Origin: Nitrospirales bacterium
GTDB taxonomy: Bacteria > Nitrospirota > Nitrospiria > Nitrospirales > UBA8639
Assembly (NCBI GenBank): GCA_965223295.1
Contig: CBDCWC010000003.1
Location: forward strand, 1,312,001 to 1,376,000
Reading direction: 5' to 3'
Length of the DNA stretch: 64,000 nucleotides
In this document: positions 54,489 through 64,000 of the stretch, in pieces
Position numbering within the stretch: the stretch's first letter is position 1
Layout: each line of letters begins with the position of its first letter
Made by a program: the position numbers and the translations under genes
Notes under the pieces: generated by a model
What the model saw: only the letters and a program-made list of their open reading frames with translations
What the model was told of the DNA's origin: nothing
The model's database searches: none

Positions 54489-55970
54489 CTAGTGTTTTTT
54501 CTTTCTAGCGGCACTGGGTTTTGCTCGCAGTCTCTTCTTCCAAGAATGAATCTGCGTCTGGACTTGTGCGGTGGCGGTGCCTCCAACCACATTTTTCTGG
54601 TCCACGGCAGCTTCCGGAGTTAAGACTCGAAGGGCGTTCTTGTCAAATACCGGAGAAGCCTTGAATAAATCCTCCTGCGAAAGGTGGAGAAGATCTTTCC
54701 CTTTGCTGAGGCATTCTCTGACGAGGTTCCCAACAATGTGATGTGATTCTCGAAAGGGCACACCTTTCAGCACGAGATAGTCAGCTAGTTCCGTAGCCAG
54801 GAGAAAGCCTTCGGAGACCGCCGTGTTCATGGGTTCAGACCGCACCGTAAGCTGCGCCAAAAGTTCTGCATAAATTTTGACAGATATTGTCACGGTATCA
54901 ATCGTATCAAACAGAGGCTCTTTGTCTTCTTGTAAATCTCGATTATAGCTGAGGGGTAATCCCTTCAAAGTGGTCAACAGGCTGAACAAGTGCCCATAGA
55001 CGCGACCAGTTTTCCCGCGTATCAGTTCGGGAATATCTGGATTTTTTTTCTGTGGCATCATGCTGCTGCCGGTACAGAATCCATCGGGCAAATCTACGAA
55101 TTGAAACTCCTGTGACGACCACAAGATCAGCTCTTCACTCAGGCGAGAAAGGTGCATCATCACAATGGCGCAACTGCTTAGGACTTCCACCACATAGTCG
55201 CGGTCTGATACCCCATCCAGGCTATTTTGGGTGATGTCAGGAAATTTCAATAAGGCCGCGGTGTATTGTCGATCAAGGGGATAATTTGTTCCCGCAAGCG
55301 CACCAGAGCCGAGCGGCATGATATTGATGCGCGTCAATGCATCCTGCAGTCGACCTTTGTCCCGTTCTACCATTTCCACATAGGCGAGGGCATGATGCGA
55401 AAAAAGAACAGGTTGCGCACGTTGCAAGTGCGTATATCCCGGCATCATGACCTTCTTGTAGCGCTCGGCAAGAGTCACAAGCGATTGTTGAAGACATCGA
55501 AGGTCTTGGTGCAAGTGTTGCAGGACATCCCTGAGATAGAGGCGAAGATCAAGGGTAATTTGGTCATTCCGGCTTCGACCGGTATGCAACTTTCCTCCTA
55601 GTGGACCGATGAGTTGTGTAAGGCGGCGCTCAATGCTCATATGAACATCTTCGTCCTCCACTTGCCATTGATGCCGGCCGGACCGAATGTCTTCTCGAAT
55701 GTGGAGTAGCCCTTCGATGATTGTCTGGCTTTCGCGGGCGGATAGCACCTTTGCTCGGCGTAGTGTTTTGCAATGAGCCACACTGCCTTCAAGGTCGTAT
55801 TCGTAGAGACGGCAATCAAATCCTATGGAGGCAGTGAAGGATTCAACCAACGCGTGAGTGTGACCTTCAAATCGTCCCCCCCAAAGCTTAACCTTACCTG
55901 TTTTGTTGGGCGCCTTACGTTTGGAGGAACGAGGAGTCTGGTTTGGTCTTGTTGATTGAGATGATTTCAT
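54489..55970 (-). CDS. argH: Argininosuccinate lyase
   Basis: LWGGRF, HTGRSRNDQ, PGYTHLQRAQP, GSSMMPQKKNPD. Confidence 0.97.
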   Translation of the reverse strand: MKSSQSTRPNQTPRSSKRKAPNKTGKVKLWGGRFEGHTHALVESFTASIGFDCRLYEYDLEGSVAHCKTLRRAKVLSARESQTIIEGLLHIREDIRSGRHQWQVEDEDVHMSIERRLTQLIGPLGGKLHTGRSRNDQITLDLRLYLRDVLQHLHQDLRCLQQSLVTLAERYKKVMMPGYTHLQRAQPVLFSHHALAYVEMVERDKGRLQDALTRINIMPLGSGALAGTNYPLDRQYTAALLKFPDITQNSLDGVSDRDYVVEVLSSCAIVMMHLSRLSEELILWSSQEFQFVDLPDGFCTGSSMMPQKKNPDIPELIRGKTGRVYGHLFSLLTTLKGLPLSYNRDLQEDKEPLFDTIDTVTISVKIYAELLAQLTVRSEPMNTAVSEGFLLATELADYLVLKGVPFRESHHIVGNLVRECLSKGKDLLHLSQEDLFKASPVFDKNALRVLTPEAAVDQKNVVGGTATAQVQTQIHSWKKRLRAKPSAARKKKH

Positions 55971-56023
55971 TACATATAAATGTTATCAGTTTGCACGATT
56001 GATATTCTGGTGTTGGGTGCTCG

Positions 56024-57022
56024 TTATCTTGATTTTCCTAACCATTCAAGCAAAATGGCTTTTTGAACATGTAAGCGGTTTTCTGCTTGGTCTAAGACCG
56101 CGGATTGTGGGCCATCCAAAACATCTGCGGTAATCTCTTCCCCACGATGAGCAGGGAGACAATGAAGGACTATGGCATTGGGGTTGGCTTGTTTCATAAG
56201 CTGACTATTGACCTGATAAGGTCCGAATGCCGCCTTGCGGGCTCGACTTTCCTTTTCCTGCCCCATACTGATCCACACGTCGGTGTAGACCGCATCCGCG
56301 TTTTTTGTAGCCTTTTTTGGATCATGCGTGACTTCAATAATAGAGCCTGTAACCTGTCCTTCTGACATAGCCTGTTCAACGATTGTTCTATCAGGTTCGT
56401 ATCCTGGTGGACATCCCACGGATACATGCATGCCGACTTTGGCCCCAATTTCTAAGAGGGAATGGGTAATATTGTTTCCATCTCCAATGTATGTCAGTTT
56501 CAATCCTTTGGCCCGTCCCTTTTTCTCGATGATAGTGAGGAGGTCAGCAAAGGCTTGGCAAGGATGGCAGTGATCCGTCAGGCCGTTAATCACGGGAATG
56601 GAGGTATGCTGTCCCCATTCCTCTAACGCAGATTGATCAAAGGTTCTGACGACTAACCCATCGAGATAGCGAGACAATACTTTGGCGGTATCAGCTAAAC
56701 TTTCTCCTCTACTGAGTTGAATTTTCTCTGATGCGAGGAATAACGCTTGTCCACCCAATTGGTTTATGCCAGCTTCGAAGGAAACGCGCGTACGTGTCGA
56801 CGGTTTCTCGAAAATAAGGCCAAGAGTCTTTCCTTTGAGCGGAAAGGTTGGTCTGCCTTTACCATGGGCAGCTTTCAGCTTTTTGGCAAGTTGAATTAAA
56901 TCTCGTACCTTTTTTCTTGAAAGGTCTGCAATGGTCAACAAGTCCTTGGGCTGTTGTTGTGTCTTGGACTTAGAAACAGGGGTAGAGCGAGGCGTTTTTG
57001 GCAGTCGACGAGTTGGAGACAT
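56024..57022 (-). CDS. argF: Ornithine carbamoyltransferase
   Basis: FEKPSTRTR, HPCQ, TDVWISMG, HCLPAHRG. Confidence 0.97.
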   Translation of the reverse strand: MSPTRRLPKTPRSTPVSKSKTQQQPKDLLTIADLSRKKVRDLIQLAKKLKAAHGKGRPTFPLKGKTLGLIFEKPSTRTRVSFEAGINQLGGQALFLASEKIQLSRGESLADTAKVLSRYLDGLVVRTFDQSALEEWGQHTSIPVINGLTDHCHPCQAFADLLTIIEKKGRAKGLKLTYIGDGNNITHSLLEIGAKVGMHVSVGCPPGYEPDRTIVEQAMSEGQVTGSIIEVTHDPKKATKNADAVYTDVWISMGQEKESRARKAAFGPYQVNSQLMKQANPNAIVLHCLPAHRGEEITADVLDGPQSAVLDQAENRLHVQKAILLEWLGKSR

Positions 57023-57026
57023 GATG

Positions 57027-58220
57027 CTATTTCTGTTTGGACAACACGTCAGAGAGAACGTTGACTAGACGATCAATCTGCGGATTGCTGACTATCAAAG
57101 GAGGGATAAATCGAAGAATGTTGCCCATGGTACAATTAATGAGGACTCGGTGCGCCAAGCATTCCATCACTAGGGGTTTCCCATCTATTGATAACTCTAT
57201 CCCTTGTAACAGCCCCATGCCACGAACTTCCTGGATGCAAGAAAACTTGTTGGACAATGTTGTTAAACTTTTGGATAAGTACTCCCCGGCCAATCGGCCT
57301 TGCTCAAGTTTCTTGCCATCCAGAAGTACATCCAATACTTTTAATCCCGCAGCACAGGCCAGCGGGTTCCCACCAAATGTCGAGGCATGGGTGCCGGGTT
57401 CAAAGGCTTCAGCCACAGTATTTGTGGCAAGACAGGCGCCGATAGGGATTCCGCCTCCAAGGCCTTTGGCCAGGGTCATGATGTCCGGCTGCATATTGAA
57501 ATGTTCGTACGCAAACAAGGTTCCCGTACGTCCCATTCCGGTTTGCACTTCATCAAAAATGAGAAGGAGATTTCGTTCTGTGCAAAGATCCCGCACCGCC
57601 TTTAAATATCCGGGATCAGGCATGACCACACCGCCCTCAGCTTGAATGGGTTCGAGCATGATGGCGGCGGTCTGAGGAGTGATGTTTGACTGTATGGCCT
57701 CGAGATCATTAAAGGGAATATATCGAAATCCTGGAACCAGAGGACCGAAACCTTCATGTAATGTTGGTTGGCCTGTTGCGGAAAGACTTCCCAGCGTCCG
57801 TCCATGAAAGGACTTGAGCATCGTCAGAATTTCAGTCCGTTGAGGCCCGTAGGTCTTGATGGCATGACGCCTTGCTAATTTAATTGCCGCTTCGTTGGCT
57901 TCTGTTCCGCTATTACAAAAGAAAACCTTGTCCGCAAATGAATGTGCGACCAAGCTCTTGGCCAAGCTGGTTTGTGGTTCGGTAAAAAACAAATTAGAGG
58001 TATGAATGAGTTGTCGGGCTTGACGGCTGATGGCTTCTACAATATCTGGATGGGCATGCCCAAGGATGTTCACCGCGATGCCGGCTATGCAGTCCAGATA
58101 TTCTCGCCCTTCAGCGTCGTAGACAAAACATCCCTGCCCACGTTCTACCGTCAGTGGAAGCCGCATATAGGTATTCATCATAAATTGATGAGCGTCTTCT
58201 TGTATTTCAGTTGCAATCAT
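57027..58220 (-). CDS. argD: Acetylornithine aminotransferase
   Basis: NSGTEANEAA, SFHGRT, DEVQTG, AKGLGGG, TFGGNP. Confidence 0.95.
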   Translation of the reverse strand: MIATEIQEDAHQFMMNTYMRLPLTVERGQGCFVYDAEGREYLDCIAGIAVNILGHAHPDIVEAISRQARQLIHTSNLFFTEPQTSLAKSLVAHSFADKVFFCNSGTEANEAAIKLARRHAIKTYGPQRTEILTMLKSFHGRTLGSLSATGQPTLHEGFGPLVPGFRYIPFNDLEAIQSNITPQTAAIMLEPIQAEGGVVMPDPGYLKAVRDLCTERNLLLIFDEVQTGMGRTGTLFAYEHFNMQPDIMTLAKGLGGGIPIGACLATNTVAEAFEPGTHASTFGGNPLACAAGLKVLDVLLDGKKLEQGRLAGEYLSKSLTTLSNKFSCIQEVRGMGLLQGIELSIDGKPLVMECLAHRVLINCTMGNILRFIPPLIVSNPQIDRLVNVLSDVLSKQK

Positions 58221-58393
58221 GATTCAAAAACCCTCGTAAACGCGCGCGAATTTATCACAGGGTTTCTTGTCTGCGCAATGAGAGGATATCGATCAAGTGG
58301 GAGATGCTACAGTCTCAAGAAAAGAAAAACAACCGCGCACGTGTTTCCGGAGCACAGAAGATTCAGAGTTGTAGTAGTGAAAAGGAAAGAACG

Positions 58394-59254
58394 TTAATTT
58401 GGGCTTGGAGTATGGCGACGTAGATCGTAGGCTAGCCCGATCTTGCTGAGCGTCCAGATCAACCATTTTGAAGGATCAAAGTTATACCATTTGACGCCAT
58501 TGCGGTAGTCACTCTGATACATATGATGGTAGTTGTGGTAACCCTCGCCGAAGGTAAGTAAGGAAATCCACCAGCTATCACGGCTGGAGTCCGAAGTGCC
58601 ATGAGGTTGATCTCCCCAGATATGGCAAATGGAATTAATGAAAAAAGTCGAATTTAAGACAAAAAAGGTGCGGGCCAACCCTGCTAAGAGAAAACAGCCA
58701 ATTCCGCCAATCCAGCCGTTGTAGAGCAGTCCAACAACAAAAGGCAGAAATAGGCCAGTCAAAACAATAGGGAGATAATACTTATCTTGCCACACAATCA
58801 AAGGATCTTGTAAGAGACGAGTAGCGTATTTGGGATCACGATTTGGATCTTTCCAGAAAATCCACCCACAATGGCTATGCCAAAATCCAAGCGTGGCGTT
58901 ATAGGGGTCTTCTTTTTGGTCGCATCGGGCATGATGCCTAATGTGATCTCCCGCCCATCGTAGCGCAGAATTTTCAAGAGCCATGCCTCCTGCAATGAGA
59001 AAGGCCAAGCGCACCCAATCTGGGCATTTAAAACTTCGATGTGTGATCAGACGATGATAGCCCACGGTGATACCAAGTCCGGTAATCATGTACAACGACA
59101 CAAACATGGTCCAGTCGACCCAGGTAAAGTCGTAATAATAAGCATAGACTGGTAAGCCTATCACGGTGGCGGCGACGATGAGCCCAAAAAGGAACATTGT
59201 GGGGTAATCTCGTTGCGGTGTTCCGGCTTGAGAAGGGTCTAGAGTTCTTGACAT
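58394..59254 (-). CDS. Delta-9-type fatty acid desaturase
   Basis: His boxes HRLITH, HIRHH, HNYHH. Confidence 0.92.
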   Translation of the reverse strand: MSRTLDPSQAGTPQRDYPTMFLFGLIVAATVIGLPVYAYYYDFTWVDWTMFVSLYMITGLGITVGYHRLITHRSFKCPDWVRLAFLIAGGMALENSALRWAGDHIRHHARCDQKEDPYNATLGFWHSHCGWIFWKDPNRDPKYATRLLQDPLIVWQDKYYLPIVLTGLFLPFVVGLLYNGWIGGIGCFLLAGLARTFFVLNSTFFINSICHIWGDQPHGTSDSSRDSWWISLLTFGEGYHNYHHMYQSDYRNGVKWYNFDPSKWLIWTLSKIGLAYDLRRHTPSPN

Positions 59255-59613
59255 GGCAGCGATATCCTTGTGGATCTCTCCTTACTAGAAAGCTGGAATT
59301 TTTTCCGGCAGTGATCTACTGCGTCAACAAAAGATCAAATAATAGAGACAACATTTAAAATGGTAACTCTTTTACAGGAAAGTAGTTGGCGAACTTCAAA
59401 GCTTACAGGTTGAGACCTGCCCCATATAAAAGAGCTGTTTGAGAATACACACTGGCAGGTTCCTTGTAAAGAGTCAGGAAATATTCATTTTCTGACTCTC
59501 TTTAGAGACAGCATACCAGACTTATTCGAAAAATCTAGTAGCTGACTTTTCAGATACACTACCTTCATCGCATGAACAGCAGGCAAGTCCCCTCAATTCG
59601 AGGCCATGATTCA

Positions 59614-60999
59614 TTAGTATTTGTAGGTGTCTTCTTTAAATGGCCCATCTATTGAGACATGGATGTAATCGGCTTGCTCTGGCGTCAGTTTCGTTAAGAC
59701 TCCACCAAATCCACGGACCATATGAGCCGCGACCTCTTCATCCAAAATCTTGGGAAGAACTTGAACCGTTGGAGCTTCAGGTTCTACATGGTCAGCATAC
59801 TTTCGTTCGTATAGGTAAATTTGGGCCAAAACCTGATTGGAAAATGAGCCATCCATAATGCGGGAAGGATGACCAGTGGCATTGCCCAGATTCACCAGAC
59901 GTCCTTCAGACAGAAGGATTAAATGATCGTTGGCGGCTTTGTTACGATGGACTTTGTGAACTTGAGGCTTCACTTCTTCCCATTCCCAGTTTTTTCTCAT
60001 GTAGGCCGTGTCAATTTCATTGTCAAAATGTCCAATGTTGCAGACGACGGCGCCATTTTTTAAGGTTTGTAGCATGGCTGAATCACAGACATTGAGGTTC
60101 CCAGTCGTCGTCACAACTAAATCTGTATTGCCAAGAAGGTTGACATTGATATCTTCAATTTGCCCAGTATTATTTCCATTGTTGTAGGGGGACACAATTT
60201 CAAATCCGTCCATGCAAGCTTGCATGGCACAAATGGGATCAATTTCGGAAATTTTGACAATCATGCCTTCTTGCCGGAGTGATTGTGCTGACCCTTTCCC
60301 AACATCACCGTAGCCGATCACCAATGCTTTCTTTCCGGCGAGCAAATGGTCGGTTCCGCGTTTAATCGCGTCATTTAAGCTATGACGGCAGCCATATTTG
60401 TTGTCATTTTTGGATTTGGTTACAGAGTCATTTACGTTGATTGCCGGGACTTTTAATGTGCCGTTTTTCAACATTTCCTGTAATCGATGAACACCAGTTG
60501 TTGTTTCTTCAGTAATGCCGTGAACATTGTCTAAGACAGCAGGATATTTTTCATGAAGCATCAATGTCAGATCGCCTCCGTCATCCAGTACCATGTTGGC
60601 ATCCCAGGGTTTGCCATCTTTTAAAATCGTCTGTTCAAGGCACCAATCATATTCTTCGTTGGTCTCGCCCTTCCAGGCAAACACGGGAATGCCTTTGGCG
60701 GCGATCGCGGCTGCGGCATGGTCTTGTGTTGAAAAAATGTTGCAGGATGACCAGCGGACTTCTGCTCCAAGCTCGATGAGGGTTTCAATGAGCACGCCGG
60801 TTTGAATCGTCATGTGAATGCAGCCCAATATTTTGGCTCCCTTTAAGGGTTGGGTTTTCCGATATTTGTTGCGAAGAGCCATTAACGCAGGCATTTCAGT
60901 TTCAGCTATTTGCAGTTCCTTCCGTCCCCAGGCAGCCAAGTTGATATCGGCAACTTTATAATCCTGTGTGACTTTTTCTAATGTGCTTGCTGTGCTCAT
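59614..60999 (-). CDS. ahcY: S-adenosylhomocysteine hydrolase
   Basis: [51 protein letters not shown] 60999 after AGGAG. Confidence 0.97.
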   Translation of the reverse strand: MSTASTLEKVTQDYKVADINLAAWGRKELQIAETEMPALMALRNKYRKTQPLKGAKILGCIHMTIQTGVLIETLIELGAEVRWSSCNIFSTQDHAAAAIAAKGIPVFAWKGETNEEYDWCLEQTILKDGKPWDANMVLDDGGDLTLMLHEKYPAVLDNVHGITEETTTGVHRLQEMLKNGTLKVPAINVNDSVTKSKNDNKYGCRHSLNDAIKRGTDHLLAGKKALVIGYGDVGKGSAQSLRQEGMIVKISEIDPICAMQACMDGFEIVSPYNNGNNTGQIEDINVNLLGNTDLVVTTTGNLNVCDSAMLQTLKNGAVVCNIGHFDNEIDTAYMRKNWEWEEVKPQVHKVHRNKAANDHLILLSEGRLVNLGNATGHPSRIMDGSFSNQVLAQIYLYERKYADHVEPEAPTVQVLPKILDEEVAAHMVRGFGGVLTKLTPEQADYIHVSIDGPFKEDTYKY

Positions 61000-61124
61000 A
61001 ATGTATGCTCTCCTCTTTGATGTGTGTAACAAACCTGGGTTTCAAATACAAAAACTCACCTGAATGAGTAGCAGACGCTTTCCCCCATTTCTAAATAGCG
61101 AAATCAATAACGTGTTTGAAAAAG

Positions 61125-62276
61125 TTATACTCCGGCTTCCCGTCGAAGCAAATTCGCTTTGTCCGTTTTTTCCCACGAAAAACCTGGTTCATTTCGGCCA
61201 AAATGGCCATAAGCCGCAGTTTGTTTATAGATAGGACGCCGGAGTTTGAGGTGTTCGATAATACCCTTCGGAGTCAAGGAAAAATGCTTGCGAACAAGTT
61301 TTTCAATGCGTTCCACGTTGACTTTTTCTGTGCCTTTGGTGTCCACCAAGACTGAGACAGGTTCAGCCACCCCAATGGCGTAGGCCAATTGCACTTCGCA
61401 TTTTTCAGCCAACTTGGCGGCAATGATATTTTTTGCGATGTAGCGGGCCATGTATGAGGCTGACCGATCGACTTTGCTGGGATCTTTTCCAGAAAATGCT
61501 CCTCCGCCGTGGCTGCCAACTCCACCGTAGGTGTCCACAATAATTTTACGGCCTGTGAGTCCTGCGTCACCCATCGGCCCTCCAACGACAAACCGTCCTG
61601 TTGGATTAATATGAAATTTCACGGTTTTAGGGTTAAACAGTCTCTTGGGCATGACGGGGATAATGACTTTTTCCATGATATCTTTTTCAATTTTCTTGGA
61701 TGTGACGGCGTCGCTATGTTGTGTCGAAACCACGATGGTGTCAATTCTGACTGGCTTGCCATTTTTATACTCAATGGTGACTTGAGCTTTTCCATCTGGA
61801 CGGACCCAATTTAAAATATTTTTCTTTCGTACTTCGGATAATCGTCGAGTCAGTTTGTGGGCGAGCACAATGGTCATAGGCATTAGTTCTGTGGTTTCAT
61901 TGGAGGCATACCCAAACATGAGCCCTTGATCTCCTGCTCCTCCAGTGTCCACGCCCATCGCGATATCGCCAGACTGATTATCAATTGACGTCAAGACGGA
62001 GCATGTCCGATGATCGAATCCCCATGTGGCATCTGAATAGCCAACCTCTTTAATGGTCTCTCGAATAATCTCCGGAATTTCCACATAAGCTTTGGTGGAG
62101 ATTTCCCCGGCAACAAAGGCAATTCCGGTAGTAATTAACGTTTCACAAGCCACCCGGCAGTTCTTATCTTTAGCCATGATTGCATCCAAGATACCATCAG
62201 AAATCTGGTCAGCAATTTTATCTGGATGACCTTCTGTGACCGATTCTGACGTAAACAGATAATTACTTTGTCTCAT
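61125..62276 (-). CDS. metK: S-adenosylmethionine synthetase
   Basis: [28 protein letters not shown]. Confidence 0.98.
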   Translation of the reverse strand: MRQSNYLFTSESVTEGHPDKIADQISDGILDAIMAKDKNCRVACETLITTGIAFVAGEISTKAYVEIPEIIRETIKEVGYSDATWGFDHRTCSVLTSIDNQSGDIAMGVDTGGAGDQGLMFGYASNETTELMPMTIVLAHKLTRRLSEVRKKNILNWVRPDGKAQVTIEYKNGKPVRIDTIVVSTQHSDAVTSKKIEKDIMEKVIIPVMPKRLFNPKTVKFHINPTGRFVVGGPMGDAGLTGRKIIVDTYGGVGSHGGGAFSGKDPSKVDRSASYMARYIAKNIIAAKLAEKCEVQLAYAIGVAEPVSVLVDTKGTEKVNVERIEKLVRKHFSLTPKGIIEHLKLRRPIYKQTAAYGHFGRNEPGFSWEKTDKANLLRREAGV

Positions 62277-62359
62277 TGAATCCCCCTACAGACTAGGTTG
62301 AGCCTCATGCTCCTCTCGGACCAAGACCCTCAGTGAATAATGCAAAAACCAAAATCCTT

Positions 62360-62389
62360 AGTATATCTTACCGAAATGTTTGTTCGCAA
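62360..62389 (-). promoter_or_regulatory. Sigma70 promoter candidate for metK-ahcY
   Basis: Minus strand TTGCGA-18 nt-TATACT. Confidence 0.55.
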
Positions 62390-62889
62390 TTGCGCAGTTG
62401 TACGAAGCGCGGTGAATAGGATAAGTGCGTTAGTTTAGAGAGTGATGCTGATGACGGCGACTCTTCTGTCTTTCGGAAAGAATGAGAAAAGCTTGAATCT
62501 AAGAATTCTGGAACTGCCTATTTAAGAGGAGGGCTATCTTCAATTTTGCCTGTACTTGTGCTTTAGTGGATATCTGAATTTTTAATACGAATATATACTT
62601 AGCTGTTTTGTCCATGAATTCTACGAACAACTTCAGACAATCTATGGCTGGACACCTAGATAGTTAACCGAAGATTTCATTTGAGAAACTAATTGTTTTT
62701 CAAAGGAATTCCGTGACTCTTGTGAACTGCACTTTCTGTTGCATAACAGAAATTCAGGGTGGTAAGATCCCAACTTATTTTATTTGGAGAAGGAGAAAGA
62801 AAGCCTACAGGCATTTCGCGGAGCTGAAGGTGCTGGGCTAGGTGTCGCTTTTTTCATAGAAATTCTGGGTCAGTTAAGGAGGCCAGTGA

Positions 62890-64000
62890 ATGTATAAGAC
62901 CATATATGTCCCGGTTGACAATTCAGACCATTCTAATATGGCTGTGGAACTGGGTGTTCAATTTGCCAAAGTGTTTGGATCAAAAATGGTGGGAAGCCAT
63001 GTCTATGCGGCAAAGATGCATGATAAGCGGTTTAAACAAATGGAGGCCGGTCTCCCAGAAGAATATCATGATGAAAAGGAATTAGACCGGCAGCGGCAAA
63101 TTCATGATTCGCTGATTACAAGAGGTCTTCAAATCATTACTGATTCTTATTTAGATTATGTCGATGAGAAATGTACAGAAGCCAATATTCCGCTTGAACG
63201 GCGGTCTTTGGAAGGACGGAATTGGAAAGCGCTAGCTGAAGATATTACGAAAAATGGGTATGACCTGACTATCATGGGCGCGTTGGGTGTCGGTGCTGTC
63301 AAGGACTCTACGATAGGGAGTAATACGGAACGCGTCATTCGGCGGGTTCGTAATTCCGACATGTTCATTGTAAAAGATACTAAGCCTATGAATGGTGGAA
63401 AAATTGTGGTGGCGGTAGATGGAAGCCATTACTCCTTTGGTGGTCTGAAGACGGCCTTGGCTTTAGGAAAAGCCTTGAACAAGCCTGTTGAAGCGATCTC
63501 AGCATTTGATCCCTATTTCCACTATGCCGCATTCCATAGCATTTCAGGTGTGTTGAACGAAGAAGCTGGGAAAGTCTTCCGATTTAAAGAACAAGAAAAA
63601 CTGCATGAAGAAGTGATTGATAGTGGATTAGCAAAAATCTACCAGTCACATTTAGACGTATCCCGCGATGTTGCGCAGGATGAAGGAGCGGACATCAAAA
63701 CGACGCTTTTGGATGGTAAAGCCTTTGAGAAGGTTATCCAATATGTGCGGAAAGAGCAGCCGTGGCTCCTCATCGTCGGACGCATTGGCGTTCATAGTGA
63801 TGATGATATGGATATCGGGAGCAACGCTGAAAATCTCTTGCGATCAGCACCCTGTAATATTTTGATCTCTAATAAAAAATTTGTGCCTCCTATTGATACG
63901 CAAGCGGAATACACCATTGCCTGGACGGAAGAGGCCTTGCGCCGTATGGAGAAAATCCCGATTTTTGCCAGAGGTGTCGCAAAGACAGCCATTCATCGCT
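62890..64000 (+). CDS. Tandem universal stress protein (Usp-Usp) fused to a PCP_red-like domain; 3' truncated by the window edge, absent from the ORF track
   Basis: RBS TAAGGAGG, ATG 62890: MYKTIYVPVDNSDHS...MGALGVG...IGSNTERV; KIVVAVDGS...IGSNAENLLRSAPC; then WTEEALRRMEKIPIFARGVAK. Confidence 0.9.
   Translation, partial: MYKTIYVPVDNSDHSNMAVELGVQFAKVFGSKMVGSHVYAAKMHDKRFKQMEAGLPEEYHDEKELDRQRQIHDSLITRGLQIITDSYLDYVDEKCTEANIPLERRSLEGRNWKALAEDITKNGYDLTIMGALGVGAVKDSTIGSNTERVIRRVRNSDMFIVKDTKPMNGGKIVVAVDGSHYSFGGLKTALALGKALNKPVEAISAFDPYFHYAAFHSISGVLNEEAGKVFRFKEQEKLHEEVIDSGLAKIYQSHLDVSRDVAQDEGADIKTTLLDGKAFEKVIQYVRKEQPWLLIVGRIGVHSDDDMDIGSNAENLLRSAPCNILISNKKFVPPIDTQAEYTIAWTEEALRRMEKIPIFARGVAKTAIHR

Noticed and set aside
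61000-61124. SAH riboswitch between metK and ahcY
   Set aside because: No GAGGAGCG..GC / AGGCTC consensus found in the spacer

Overview
Chromosomal window from a Nitrospirales bacterium; the 16S 5' region resembles marine Nitrospira lineage IV from memory (not searched). From left to right: (i) a dense two-component signalling cluster with pseudo-receivers, a nitroreductase, pyrF and an HD-GYP gene (1-11.8 kb); (ii) accessory genes, including a very large Cache-like/multi-TM/P-loop membrane protein split by an in-frame stop and a DUF2868 + GTPase pair; (iii) mixed housekeeping genes (AI-2E, MlaA, an RpoD-like sigma factor with a sigma54-type promoter, gpmA, Mrp + PCP_red-domain protein, Maf, Dus, DHH, rhomboid); (iv) a complete rRNA operon (16S-tRNA-Ile-tRNA-Ala-23S-5S); (v) hemL followed by a small foreign-looking islet (RAYT-like transposase remnant, Cys-rich putative lipoprotein, GC-rich integrin-beta-like VWA protein); (vi) argD-argF-argH-lipoprotein-B12 radical SAM-lysA-dapA-dapB, a fatty acid desaturase, metK-ahcY, and a truncated Usp-Usp-PCP_red gene absent from the ORF track. 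Intergenic DNA holds eight copies of a modular, nested MITE family, six with perfect or near-perfect 5-bp target-site duplications, and a second MITE family. No CRISPR array, prophage or intact transposase was seen. All calls come from motif reading only.
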